IMG/VR virus record: IMGVR_UViG_3300045988_089199 | Coordinates: 1-64,000 of that record | From: a virus | Reading direction: 5' to 3' (one strand) | DNA: 64,000 nt | Part shown: positions 32,083 through 40,539 of the stretch, in pieces | Position numbering within the stretch: position 1 is the stretch's first letter | Layout: the number at the start of each line of letters is the position of its first letter | The notes under the pieces: model-generated | Told to the model about the DNA's origin: nothing | Database searches by the model: none | Seen by the model: only the letters and a program-made list of their open reading frames with translations | Translations under genes and position numbers: made by a program

Positions 32083-32832
32083 TTAATGATTTATCAAATA
32101 ATTTACTATATAATTACCTATTAATGGTACACCAACTGCGTTTGGATGTATATCATCATCAGAATATAAAGATATATTTTTTCTACATATACCACATTCT
32201 CCATACACATCTATTACAGGTATAGAATACATATTTCCTAATTCTTTTAATGCTTTTTGAGCTACAGGAGTAGTTTTTATATATCTAGTATTATCAGATT
32301 GAATCGGAGTTATTAAATATATTTGTATTGTATTTTTTTTAGCTCGAATATATTCTATACAACTAGCTACATTACAATAAAAATCTACATTATATTTAGA
32401 ATAATCAGAACCGCTTTCTACAGGAACGGTTGAAATACTTTCGTTAACTATGTTGTCACAATTATGACCAATCATAATAAAAACATAATCAACATTGGTT
32501 AAATCTGTAGGAGTAGTATAATTAGACGTTCCATCTCCTGTTAAAATACCTCGCATTCTTGATGAATCTCCACCACTAGATGCTTTATTTATTAATGTCA
32601 TTCCTAATTTATCGCATACATATTTAGGATATGTTGGATTTCCTGATACAGAAATGCTATCACCTAACCATAATGCTGTTTTTCCTAAATATTTATTATC
32701 AGTGCTTCCTAACTGTAAAGAATTTAAAAAATCTTTTACAGTTGTAGCAGTACCGTCACCCATATAAACACATTCAGCTAATGTTACCAAAGCTGTATCT
32801 TTTAAAACTTTTTTATTTAATTCTGTGTTCAT
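32083..32832 (-). CDS. SGNH/GDSL-family esterase
   Basis: Block I LWLGDSIS, block III-like GHN, and block V DDIHPN. Confidence 0.7.
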   Translation of the reverse strand: MNTELNKKVLKDTALVTLAECVYMGDGTATTVKDFLNSLQLGSTDNKYLGKTALWLGDSISVSGNPTYPKYVCDKLGMTLINKASSGGDSSRMRGILTGDGTSNYTTPTDLTNVDYVFIMIGHNCDNIVNESISTVPVESGSDYSKYNVDFYCNVASCIEYIRAKKNTIQIYLITPIQSDNTRYIKTTPVAQKALKELGNMYSIPVIDVYGECGICRKNISLYSDDDIHPNAVGVPLIGNYIVNYLINH

Positions 32833-34367
32833 TAGTTACCACCTCCTGCATTATTTAATAATTTGGTTGAAATTTCTTGTATTTTAGATGTGTCCAATAA
32901 TGTGTTATATACAGCCCAATTATAAAATTTTATTTTACCACTATCTGTACTATATCCATCACTTACACCTAGATATTCAGCAACTTTTCCCTTTACCATA
33001 ATTACCTTAGAATCTTGTTCATTTAAAAGAGTGCCGTCTTTATAAATATAGTCTTTTTTATTTGTATCATCATGTTTAAATGTTAGTGTGCATAAACTTC
33101 CTATACAAGATTTTGTGTCACTTTGGACTTCATTAAAAGTGTCTTGGTAAGCACTAAAAATTATAACACCATGTTCATATGTACAAGAAGCAAAACCACC
33201 ACTATCTTCAAGTGCAAATAGTGCTTCTTTACCTATATCGCTATCCATCATAACAGTTATAAAAAATGTAATATTATTATCATTAAAAACATTTTTAAAT
33301 TGGTCACCACCTGAATCATGCGGTGAATATTGAGGGTCATTTAATATATTAGTATATGGGTTATTTCTAGTATAATATCCATCACCCATTGTCATATTAT
33401 TTGGATATATGGTCATATCCCTACCATTACCACTAATATCTAATATTTTTGTATTATCATCATTTAAATGATTCATTCGATAATATCCTTGTAAATTTGT
33501 AGAATCAATATCACAATCTGAAGGCGCTACTATTCCTGTAGATACAGTTATATTATGAGTAGCGGTTTTATTATTGTCCTCTGTTGTAGCAGTTATTATT
33601 GAATTACCTTCAGTAACCCCTGATACTTCACATTTTAAACCTCTTGGAGTTAAATTAACATTATCATTATCTTTTGTCCAAGTAATATTTTTATTTGTTG
33701 CATTACTTGGAGTTATGTTTGCAGTTAATATAATAGATGTTGATGTACTCACTTCTGTATCTCCTGAAATTGATACACTTTGTACACTCACATTAGTGCA
33801 AGTAACATCGCAAGTAGCTTTTATTGTTCCATTTGTTGTATCATTACTTGTTGCAGTTATTACACAACTTCCAGCTTTAAGAGCAGTAACAGTTCCACCT
33901 TCAACTTTAGCATTATCATTACTACACGACCAAATTATAGTAGATGATGTCGCATTATCTGGTGTAATTGTAGGAATTAATGTTTCACTATCTCCAACAT
34001 TTAAATTTAAAGTTGATTTATTTAAAGCAACTGCCGTAACTGGTATGTTTGCCGTAAATGTTTTCAATACAAAAATTTCTCCGTTTTGAACATCTCTTAA
34101 ATTTAAAGACCCAGTTCCAATATTATCAATTTTTTTCGCAATATCTTTATATTGTGCAGCAACTTCATTTACTGCACCTTTAACATCTTTAGCAGTTGTA
34201 GTTAGTTCATCGGTACCTAAATCAGTTTTAATGCTATCTATGTCGGTTTTCATATTATTATTTTTTGTAGTTTGGCTTTCCCCTGTACTATCAATTACTA
34301 GGTCAGGAGAGGTATAAGGATAATATTTATTATCTTTACCTTTTCTAGTTTTTATATTTTTAGACAT
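32832..34367 (-). CDS. tail fibre-like protein with two Big_2 Ig-like domains and a lectin-like C-terminal domain
   Basis: Fibre-type N-terminus (KTDIDSIKTDLG..VKGAVNEV). Two LN.STL.L.VGDSETL..TI.P.NAT...I.W..SN..VA...G.VTA...G Big_2 repeats. Confidence 0.6.
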   Translation of the reverse strand: MSKNIKTRKGKDNKYYPYTSPDLVIDSTGESQTTKNNNMKTDIDSIKTDLGTDELTTTAKDVKGAVNEVAAQYKDIAKKIDNIGTGSLNLRDVQNGEIFVLKTFTANIPVTAVALNKSTLNLNVGDSETLIPTITPDNATSSTIIWSCSNDNAKVEGGTVTALKAGSCVITATSNDTTNGTIKATCDVTCTNVSVQSVSISGDTEVSTSTSIILTANITPSNATNKNITWTKDNDNVNLTPRGLKCEVSGVTEGNSIITATTEDNNKTATHNITVSTGIVAPSDCDIDSTNLQGYYRMNHLNDDNTKILDISGNGRDMTIYPNNMTMGDGYYTRNNPYTNILNDPQYSPHDSGGDQFKNVFNDNNITFFITVMMDSDIGKEALFALEDSGGFASCTYEHGVIIFSAYQDTFNEVQSDTKSCIGSLCTLTFKHDDTNKKDYIYKDGTLLNEQDSKVIMVKGKVAEYLGVSDGYSTDSGKIKFYNWAVYNTLLDTSKIQEISTKLLNNAGGGN

Positions 34368-34396
34368 TTTTTATCACCTCATTTTTTAATTTTTTA

Positions 34397-34421
34397 TTAC
34401 GCAATTGATTCAAATTGTGTA
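34397..34421 (-). repeat. 25-bp direct repeat, copy 2
   Basis: Exact match to 32032..32056. Lies 2 nt after the stop of SGNH-domain fibre gene 34424..36508. Confidence 0.9.
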
Positions 34422-34423
34422 TA

Positions 34424-36508
34424 CTAAAATACTATTGGCTCAAATCTTTTTAAGCCATTAATAACTTCATTTGCGATTAATTTTCCACCTTCTACATTAG
34501 GATGTATTAAATCAGCTATATAAGTAGTATGGTTTAGCGTGTTTATTCCACTATTCGCATTAATATCTATACATGGTATTCCATAGTAAGCACTTACTTC
34601 TTTCACTGCATTAGCAAAATCAGTCATACATAAATCTCTTATATAAAATTGTTTATCTTGATTTGTTGATTCTTCTTCTGTACGTCCTCCAACTGGTGTC
34701 ATAGTTACAATTCTTGCATTAGGACATCTTATTTGAATTTTCTTAATCATTAACGCAAAAGCGGATTTAAACGATACACTTTCACTTAGACTGTCTGTTT
34801 TTAAATCTCCCATATTTATAACAGCATTGCTCCAGTCATTATGACCACCAAATATTAATATTACATCACTATCTGTAGGTATAGTTTCAATTCTTGTGTC
34901 ACTACTCATATGGTTAGTAGACGAGTTAAATTGAGTTACAGTTGTTCCTCCTACTCCTCTATTATAAAATGAGCAATTAAAATATGAACTAACATAAGAT
35001 TGCCATTTATTTTGCTCTGTTACACTATCGCCATACGCACATATCTTTTTGCCTTTATACCAACTTTCTGTTTTACTCATATCTTCTATTTTATCTTTTG
35101 GGATATATAATTTATCGTTTTCATATGGTTTACCTTGGTCTGTTATCCAATATGTTGCTAATGTTGCATCATCAGTTGTGACGAAGGTATATCTTATATA
35201 TTTTATTTTGGTATCTGATTGTGGTAATGCTACTATACCTGCTGGAGTCTCTGAACTTTGAGGTGTTATTGATTTTAAGAAATTTTTACTCGCATCATAA
35301 TAATATATATACCCATTTGTATTACAATATGTTGATTCACACCCATCTCTTAATTCTATATAATCAGTAGATGTTCGTGCTTTTCCTGGAACAGAATCAG
35401 GTAATCCATAAGAGGGATTTATTGCATATTCTTTTTGAAGGGTTACATTTTTTAATAAATTGTCTACTTTTGTGAAAAATGTACATTGTTCAGGAGTTAT
35501 ATTCTTAATTTTCCCCTGTACATTTTCAATAGTTTTTGATTTAGGTTGTGTCTTAAAATTATCATAAGTATCATGAAAATCACCAATATAAAATGTTTTA
35601 ATAACTTTATCATAAGTAGCCCAACTTCCAATGACTACTTGGTCATATTTAGCATAGTTATCGGATGATACTAATGTTCCTGTTGCAGATAGTGTTAAAT
35701 TATCCACTTCGCCAGTACTACATTTAAGAGACCAAAAGAATCCATTATTAACATCTGGAGAAGTCTCATCTTCAAATTCTATGAAACCTTTTATTTTGTT
35801 CGATTTAAGTTTTGCGTCAAGTGTAAAAGTTTTAGACTCATTTCCATTATGTCCAATTAACGTATCGAAATTTTTTCCTACATATTTTGAATCATCAATA
35901 CAGTTATTTGAAATTGGCACATATTCTATATCTAATAATGTATTTAAATTACCACATTGAGTTCTTATGGCATCTCCTATATTTTTGTATATAGTGCCAT
36001 TAGCACCTGTTCTTCCATCTATTAATTCAGCATCACCAGTAGTACTTCCTTCAGTTAGTGTAGTTAAATTATCTATTCTAGTTTTTTGAACTTGTATATC
36101 AGTTTTAACACTAGTATCATCATAATTTTCTAAACTAGATAATTTAGTTCGTTCTTCAGTTGTGATAGTTTTGTTCGCAATATCTTTACATTGTGCATTA
36201 ATTTCATTAATGCCGCCTATTAATGTTTTATCCTGTGTATTTAATGTAGGATATTCATTGTCTTTTATGCCTTCCATAGATGTCTCATCTTCAACTAAAT
36301 TTACTGCATTAGTTTTTAGAGTTTGAATATCAGCTTTTATTTTAGTGTCATCATAAGGTGTTGAACTATTTTTGGCTTCTTCTATTTTCTTTTCTAGTTC
36401 TTGTTTAGCACTTTTGCCAGTACCATCATAATCCACATCGGCTAAATCAACTAGCTTAAAGTCGCCATTATTCTTTTGAGTTAATTTACCTATTATCTCA
36501 ATACCCAT
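34424..36508 (-). CDS. tail fibre protein with C-terminal SGNH esterase domain
   Basis: Coiled fibre N-terminus with repeated D(D/T)..IK.DI motifs. The C-terminal 200 aa carry AYGDSVTEQ, GGHND and DLIHPN. Confidence 0.65.
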   Translation of the reverse strand: MGIEIIGKLTQKNNGDFKLVDLADVDYDGTGKSAKQELEKKIEEAKNSSTPYDDTKIKADIQTLKTNAVNLVEDETSMEGIKDNEYPTLNTQDKTLIGGINEINAQCKDIANKTITTEERTKLSSLENYDDTSVKTDIQVQKTRIDNLTTLTEGSTTGDAELIDGRTGANGTIYKNIGDAIRTQCGNLNTLLDIEYVPISNNCIDDSKYVGKNFDTLIGHNGNESKTFTLDAKLKSNKIKGFIEFEDETSPDVNNGFFWSLKCSTGEVDNLTLSATGTLVSSDNYAKYDQVVIGSWATYDKVIKTFYIGDFHDTYDNFKTQPKSKTIENVQGKIKNITPEQCTFFTKVDNLLKNVTLQKEYAINPSYGLPDSVPGKARTSTDYIELRDGCESTYCNTNGYIYYYDASKNFLKSITPQSSETPAGIVALPQSDTKIKYIRYTFVTTDDATLATYWITDQGKPYENDKLYIPKDKIEDMSKTESWYKGKKICAYGDSVTEQNKWQSYVSSYFNCSFYNRGVGGTTVTQFNSSTNHMSSDTRIETIPTDSDVILIFGGHNDWSNAVINMGDLKTDSLSESVSFKSAFALMIKKIQIRCPNARIVTMTPVGGRTEEESTNQDKQFYIRDLCMTDFANAVKEVSAYYGIPCIDINANSGINTLNHTTYIADLIHPNVEGGKLIANEVINGLKRFEPIVF

Positions 36509-36522
36509 ATTATTTACCTCCT

Positions 36523-37743
36523 TTATTTTATAGTTACATTAGTGTTACCTAAGTTAGCATTATCTGATTTATATATGTCGTATTTTTCTTTATACTTATC
36601 ACTATTAGTAAAATCTATAGTTGCTACCTTGCTAAATCCTCCGTCAAAACCACCAACGTTGAAACTACAAGCACCTAATCTACTAGGGATGCAATAGAAT
36701 ATATATTCTCCAGCTCCTGCATTTACTGTTATAGTTCTATTTTTAGAATTGGATAATTGTTTTGTTAATCCACTAATTAGAGCTGCATCATAAGTTGATG
36801 TAGTAGATTTTCCATAGTAAACACCATTAGCAAATGTAATAGTAACACTCTTTGATTTTTGTGCATCGCTGTTAGAAGTTGCAGCTAAAGTGTAAGTAGT
36901 TGTTGCAGTAACTCCTGTAAATGTTTTCGTTCTTAATGTTTTGTCAACGGCTGCACTATTAATAGTTTGGCTTTTTATTTCACTGTGTGTATAGTTCCAT
37001 GTTAATTTTGGACTAACAGTGCTACCCATTTGAGCTGTATTTGGTTCAACTGAAAGCGCTGAAATATTGAAAGGATTTTGAATATCCCATATTTTACTTT
37101 TTAGTTCAGATATATCAGCTTTTATTGCCGTATCATCATAGGCCTTACCAGTGCCGGCTTTTATATCCTTAGTGTTAGTTTCTAATGCTTCTTCCCATTT
37201 ATTGAATAGTTCTGCAGTTATAACTTCACCATTGTTATGTATTTCTCTTACATAATTACCTTCACTATCGAAAGCATTTTTTATTTCTCCAGTAGCAGCT
37301 TTACTTAATCCTAATAACGCTTTTCCTGTAACTGCATCATCACTTACAAGTGGCTCACATACGTGTAACTGCTTAGTTACAATAGGCATGGAAATCATAC
37401 TTGTTTTATCATCATCCAATAAGGATATTTGGAAATCATACTCACCTACTTCTATAGGGTCGTCTATAAGGTCATCTGTTATTTTTAATATAGCTTTTCC
37501 ACCGTCTGTAGGTTGTATGGCAAATGTATATTTTATATCGGCATTCTTATACAATCTAACTTGAAAATATGCAGCTTGTGTTTGTGCTATTATATTATTT
37601 AAGTCGCTTTTGTCAAATTTGTATTTATTGTTAACTATTGTAAAATGTAGCTCTATATTTTTATCTAGTCTATAAAGATATATGTCCTCATCAAGTGTAG
37701 CACCATTTTTATTAATGGTCATAATACATTGTTTATAAATCAT
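36523..37743 (-). CDS. BppU-like baseplate/fibre protein
   Basis: The N-terminus (TINKNGATLDEDIYLYRLDKNIELHFTI) resembles the BppU N-terminal Ig-like domain. Has the fibre motif DDTAIKADISELK. Confidence 0.4.
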   Translation of the reverse strand: MIYKQCIMTINKNGATLDEDIYLYRLDKNIELHFTIVNNKYKFDKSDLNNIIAQTQAAYFQVRLYKNADIKYTFAIQPTDGGKAILKITDDLIDDPIEVGEYDFQISLLDDDKTSMISMPIVTKQLHVCEPLVSDDAVTGKALLGLSKAATGEIKNAFDSEGNYVREIHNNGEVITAELFNKWEEALETNTKDIKAGTGKAYDDTAIKADISELKSKIWDIQNPFNISALSVEPNTAQMGSTVSPKLTWNYTHSEIKSQTINSAAVDKTLRTKTFTGVTATTTYTLAATSNSDAQKSKSVTITFANGVYYGKSTTSTYDAALISGLTKQLSNSKNRTITVNAGAGEYIFYCIPSRLGACSFNVGGFDGGFSKVATIDFTNSDKYKEKYDIYKSDNANLGNTNVTIK

Positions 37744-37744
37744 T

Positions 37745-37996
37745 TTATTTCACCTCCTTATGTTCTATACCATCTAATCCAGGGGTACTGTTATCATTCC
37801 ATATTCCAAGGAATGCAGTAATTACCGCTACTACAGATACTGGATTATCTACAATATTTAATAATGCTTGACCTAATAATTGCCAGCTTGTTAGTTGATT
37901 AAAATCCACTCCACTCGCACTGAATATAAGTGCTATTACGGATAAATAAAAATATGGATTTTTAAGTTTTGGATGATTAAATAAAAATTGTTTCAT
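37745..37996 (-). CDS. holin (two-TM, phiLC3/LL-H-like)
   Basis: Start at MKQFLFNHP after an AGGAGGTG RBS. TM1 is YFYLSVIALIFSA and TM2 is VSVVAVITAFLGIW, with a polar C-terminus. Confidence 0.65.
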   Translation of the reverse strand: MKQFLFNHPKLKNPYFYLSVIALIFSASGVDFNQLTSWQLLGQALLNIVDNPVSVVAVITAFLGIWNDNSTPGLDGIEHKEVK

Positions 37997-38007
37997 ATTA
38001 ACACCTC

Positions 38008-38307
38008 CTAAAATAAAATAGTAGTTAATACTGTTAGCACAACACTGAACATAGCGAGCCCTAATGATGTCCATAATCCCTTGTTTGTTTTGTCCTTCTC
38101 CACTAAAGTGTTGCGTACATATTCTTCCAGTTTGCTATTTCTGTTTTCTAAACCTTTTATTACTCGTTCTTGCTCTCTAGTTTGTGCCTCAATTAAGTCC
38201 AATCTACTTGCTAGCCTCTGTTCATTAATATTGTCTAATTTTGTGTTAATTGTTGCCACATCTTCAATTAACTTTAGTAATAGTTCTTGCACCTTCTCAT
38301 CACTCAT
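38008..38307 (-). CDS. xhlA: XhlA-like lysis accessory protein (coiled coil plus C-terminal TM)
   Basis: Coiled-coil N-terminal part and a single C-terminal TM LWTSLGLAMFSVVLTVLTTILF. Sits directly upstream of the holin, as in the PBSX xhlA-xhlB order. Confidence 0.55.
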   Translation of the reverse strand: MSDEKVQELLLKLIEDVATINTKLDNINEQRLASRLDLIEAQTREQERVIKGLENRNSKLEEYVRNTLVEKDKTNKGLWTSLGLAMFSVVLTVLTTILF

Positions 38308-38315
38308 ACATTCAC

Positions 38316-38483
38316 CTACTTTTTAGGCGGATTCTGGGCCTCCTCTAATTGCTTTTTAAGCTGTTCCACCTGTTGTTTATATATTTCACATTGTGCTTCC
38401 AACATCACCTTCTTTTCATTAGCATCTGCTAATTCTCTTTTGTATGTTGTGCATATTGTGTTTAACAAGTTTAATGCATCCAT
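38316..38483 (-). CDS. small coiled-coil protein (55 aa)
   Basis: Found by reading: TAGGAGGT RBS, then MDALNLLNTICTTYKRELADANEKK... Confidence 0.45.
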   Translation of the reverse strand: MDALNLLNTICTTYKRELADANEKKVMLEAQCEIYKQQVEQLKKQLEEAQNPPKK

Positions 38484-38525
38484 TGTATTACCTCCTATAT
38501 ATCATATTCACTTAAATATATTAGT

Positions 38526-38555
38526 TAAAAAAGGACTAGATTAAACTAGTCCTTT
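38526..38555 (-). terminator. rho-independent terminator inside the late region
   Basis: 10-bp stem AAAGGACTAG/CTAGTCCTTT (38530..38539 and 38546..38555), whose 3' arm runs into TTTTTT on the minus strand. Confidence 0.6.
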
Positions 38556-38561
38556 AAAATT

Positions 38562-40526
38562 TTATTCGGTATAAGTAACTTTCATTGATACACTACCACT
38601 ACATACTGCATAATTACTAGAATTATAAGTAGATTGAATACCAAATCCTTTTACAGTTCCATTAGAAATTGCATTTAATATAGTACTATTAGTTATAGTT
38701 AATTTACCACTATCACCGACTGCAATATTAACACTACCACAATTAGACCCGAATGAAGGTTTTCCACTTGGCCTACTTGAGTAGTTATGAGTTTTAACTA
38801 CAATCGGAACTGCTGCATGGATACCTCCGGAAATTCTCTTAATAGTAAGTTCAATTTTACTGATATTCTTATCCTTAAATTGATTAAATTGACTACCAAA
38901 GAACCAACATCCATTACAGTCTCCATAACCATAGTCACCTTGACGTGCCGTATTATCTTTCTTCCAGTTATTATATACGGAACTTCTATAAGTATCACCA
39001 CTATTAGATTTTATTGTTATAGTCTTTCTAGTCGATGTAGAAGGAGCTTGGTTGCCGTCCGTAGTTTGGTTTCCCCCTTCGTATGTAGCCTTACTATGTG
39101 CTATTATTTGTCCAGGTAAACTTTGATTAGTATTTTCAGTAGTACCTCCACAATGAGATCCATTTGCTATAGTTATAAAAGCACCACTAGTAGTTTGAAA
39201 TCCATATTGACTACATACACCACTAGAAGTAGCAACGTGTATTCTAGCGCCAGCACTTCCTCTAAATCCTATATCACAATTGACAAATTGCACTTCCTTA
39301 TAGTAGCCAGTAGCAAAGGAATCGCCTACAATACCGACAGTCGCAGAATTTCCGTCACTAGCTTTATAATCACTACCATATATTTTTAAACTATATCCAT
39401 TAATTGGTGAGTTTTCTTGTCCAACTAGGCTGGCAGTTCTACCCGCAACTGCACATCCTGTACTTGGATGTATTACACCAGTCCTAGCAGTTTCAAATTT
39501 CATATAACCTCCATATACATTCACCTTAGCAGAACTCATATAATTTCTAACCCATCCATATACGGTACTACCGTCTAAATATAAGTTAATTCTACCACTG
39601 GAGAAGAATCTAATGTCTATATTTTCATAAATATCTTCTTGTATCCATATATCAACTTTTTTTCCATTTAAGAACTTAGGTAGAGCCTCTAGTGCCCCGC
39701 TTACTGTAGCAAAGGATACTCCGTCATATAATTCATTATCATCACTACCACCACTATTAATTGATATTTGAATGTCATCTTCTAAAGTACCAGGATAACG
39801 ACCACCATTAATTTTGTTGGCAGTTATAATATCCGCAGTAAGTTCACCCTCAACTGAGAAACTATCTCCTATAACTTCACTACCTTGTATTTGAGCCCCT
39901 GTTATATTACCGTTACTATCTACACTAAAAGTATCATTCTCATTTCTAAAAGTACTACCTATTATAGTAGCACCTGTAATAGTTTTACCGTCAATAGCAC
40001 CGTCAACTATCATATCGCCACTTATTTTTACTTGCTTAGCTATAACCTCTAACATCTCATCTGTTAAGGTCATTGAACTTGAACTATTACCTCTAACCAT
40101 CCAAGAAAATCTATCTGCTAATTGTTGGTATTTAGTTTCAGTGGCCTTAATTACAGAACTTTTAGTAATAGCTGCCACAGGTATAGTTTTATTTACTGTG
40201 GTTTTTCCTTCTATATTAATAGCGGCGTGTATTTCTCCTGCATTACCTGTTGTAGTCAAGAGAGTGATAGTTTTATAATCACTCTCTAGTTTTGCAGTAC
40301 AGTTAGTAGTATCTGTTATAGTTACTTTGTATTGACCTTTACTTGGAGTTGTATTAACTGCGACTAATGGAGTAGTTCCATTATATATATCAATTCTAGT
40401 ATTTTTACTAGTTTCCCCTACAACTGCCTTATTTATAGTTGTTGTAAATGTATTACTGTATATAGCAGTACTTGTGGTCGCTCTATTAACTTTTGATGTG
40501 AATGAATTACTAAATATTTCACTCAT
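38562..40526 (-). CDS. tail/baseplate structural protein (function unknown)
   Basis: 654-aa Ser/Thr/Gly/Asn-rich ORF in the tail-tip block. No catalytic motif recognised. Confidence 0.5.
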   Translation of the reverse strand: MSEIFSNSFTSKVNRATTSTAIYSNTFTTTINKAVVGETSKNTRIDIYNGTTPLVAVNTTPSKGQYKVTITDTTNCTAKLESDYKTITLLTTTGNAGEIHAAINIEGKTTVNKTIPVAAITKSSVIKATETKYQQLADRFSWMVRGNSSSSMTLTDEMLEVIAKQVKISGDMIVDGAIDGKTITGATIIGSTFRNENDTFSVDSNGNITGAQIQGSEVIGDSFSVEGELTADIITANKINGGRYPGTLEDDIQISINSGGSDDNELYDGVSFATVSGALEALPKFLNGKKVDIWIQEDIYENIDIRFFSSGRINLYLDGSTVYGWVRNYMSSAKVNVYGGYMKFETARTGVIHPSTGCAVAGRTASLVGQENSPINGYSLKIYGSDYKASDGNSATVGIVGDSFATGYYKEVQFVNCDIGFRGSAGARIHVATSSGVCSQYGFQTTSGAFITIANGSHCGGTTENTNQSLPGQIIAHSKATYEGGNQTTDGNQAPSTSTRKTITIKSNSGDTYRSSVYNNWKKDNTARQGDYGYGDCNGCWFFGSQFNQFKDKNISKIELTIKRISGGIHAAVPIVVKTHNYSSRPSGKPSFGSNCGSVNIAVGDSGKLTITNSTILNAISNGTVKGFGIQSTYNSSNYAVCSGSVSMKVTYTE

Positions 40527-40539
40527 TAATAATCACCCC

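Noticed and set aside
38484-38525. The TGATATATA sequence upstream of the lysis cassette as an extended -10 promoter.
   Set aside because: A start site about 7 nt downstream would fall inside or after the RBS of the first lysis-cassette ORF, leaving no functional leader. Read-through from upstream is more likely.
38798-39001. A 67-aa minus-strand ORF nested in gene 38562..40526.
   Set aside because: It lies in a different frame entirely inside a longer, well-supported structural gene and has no RBS.
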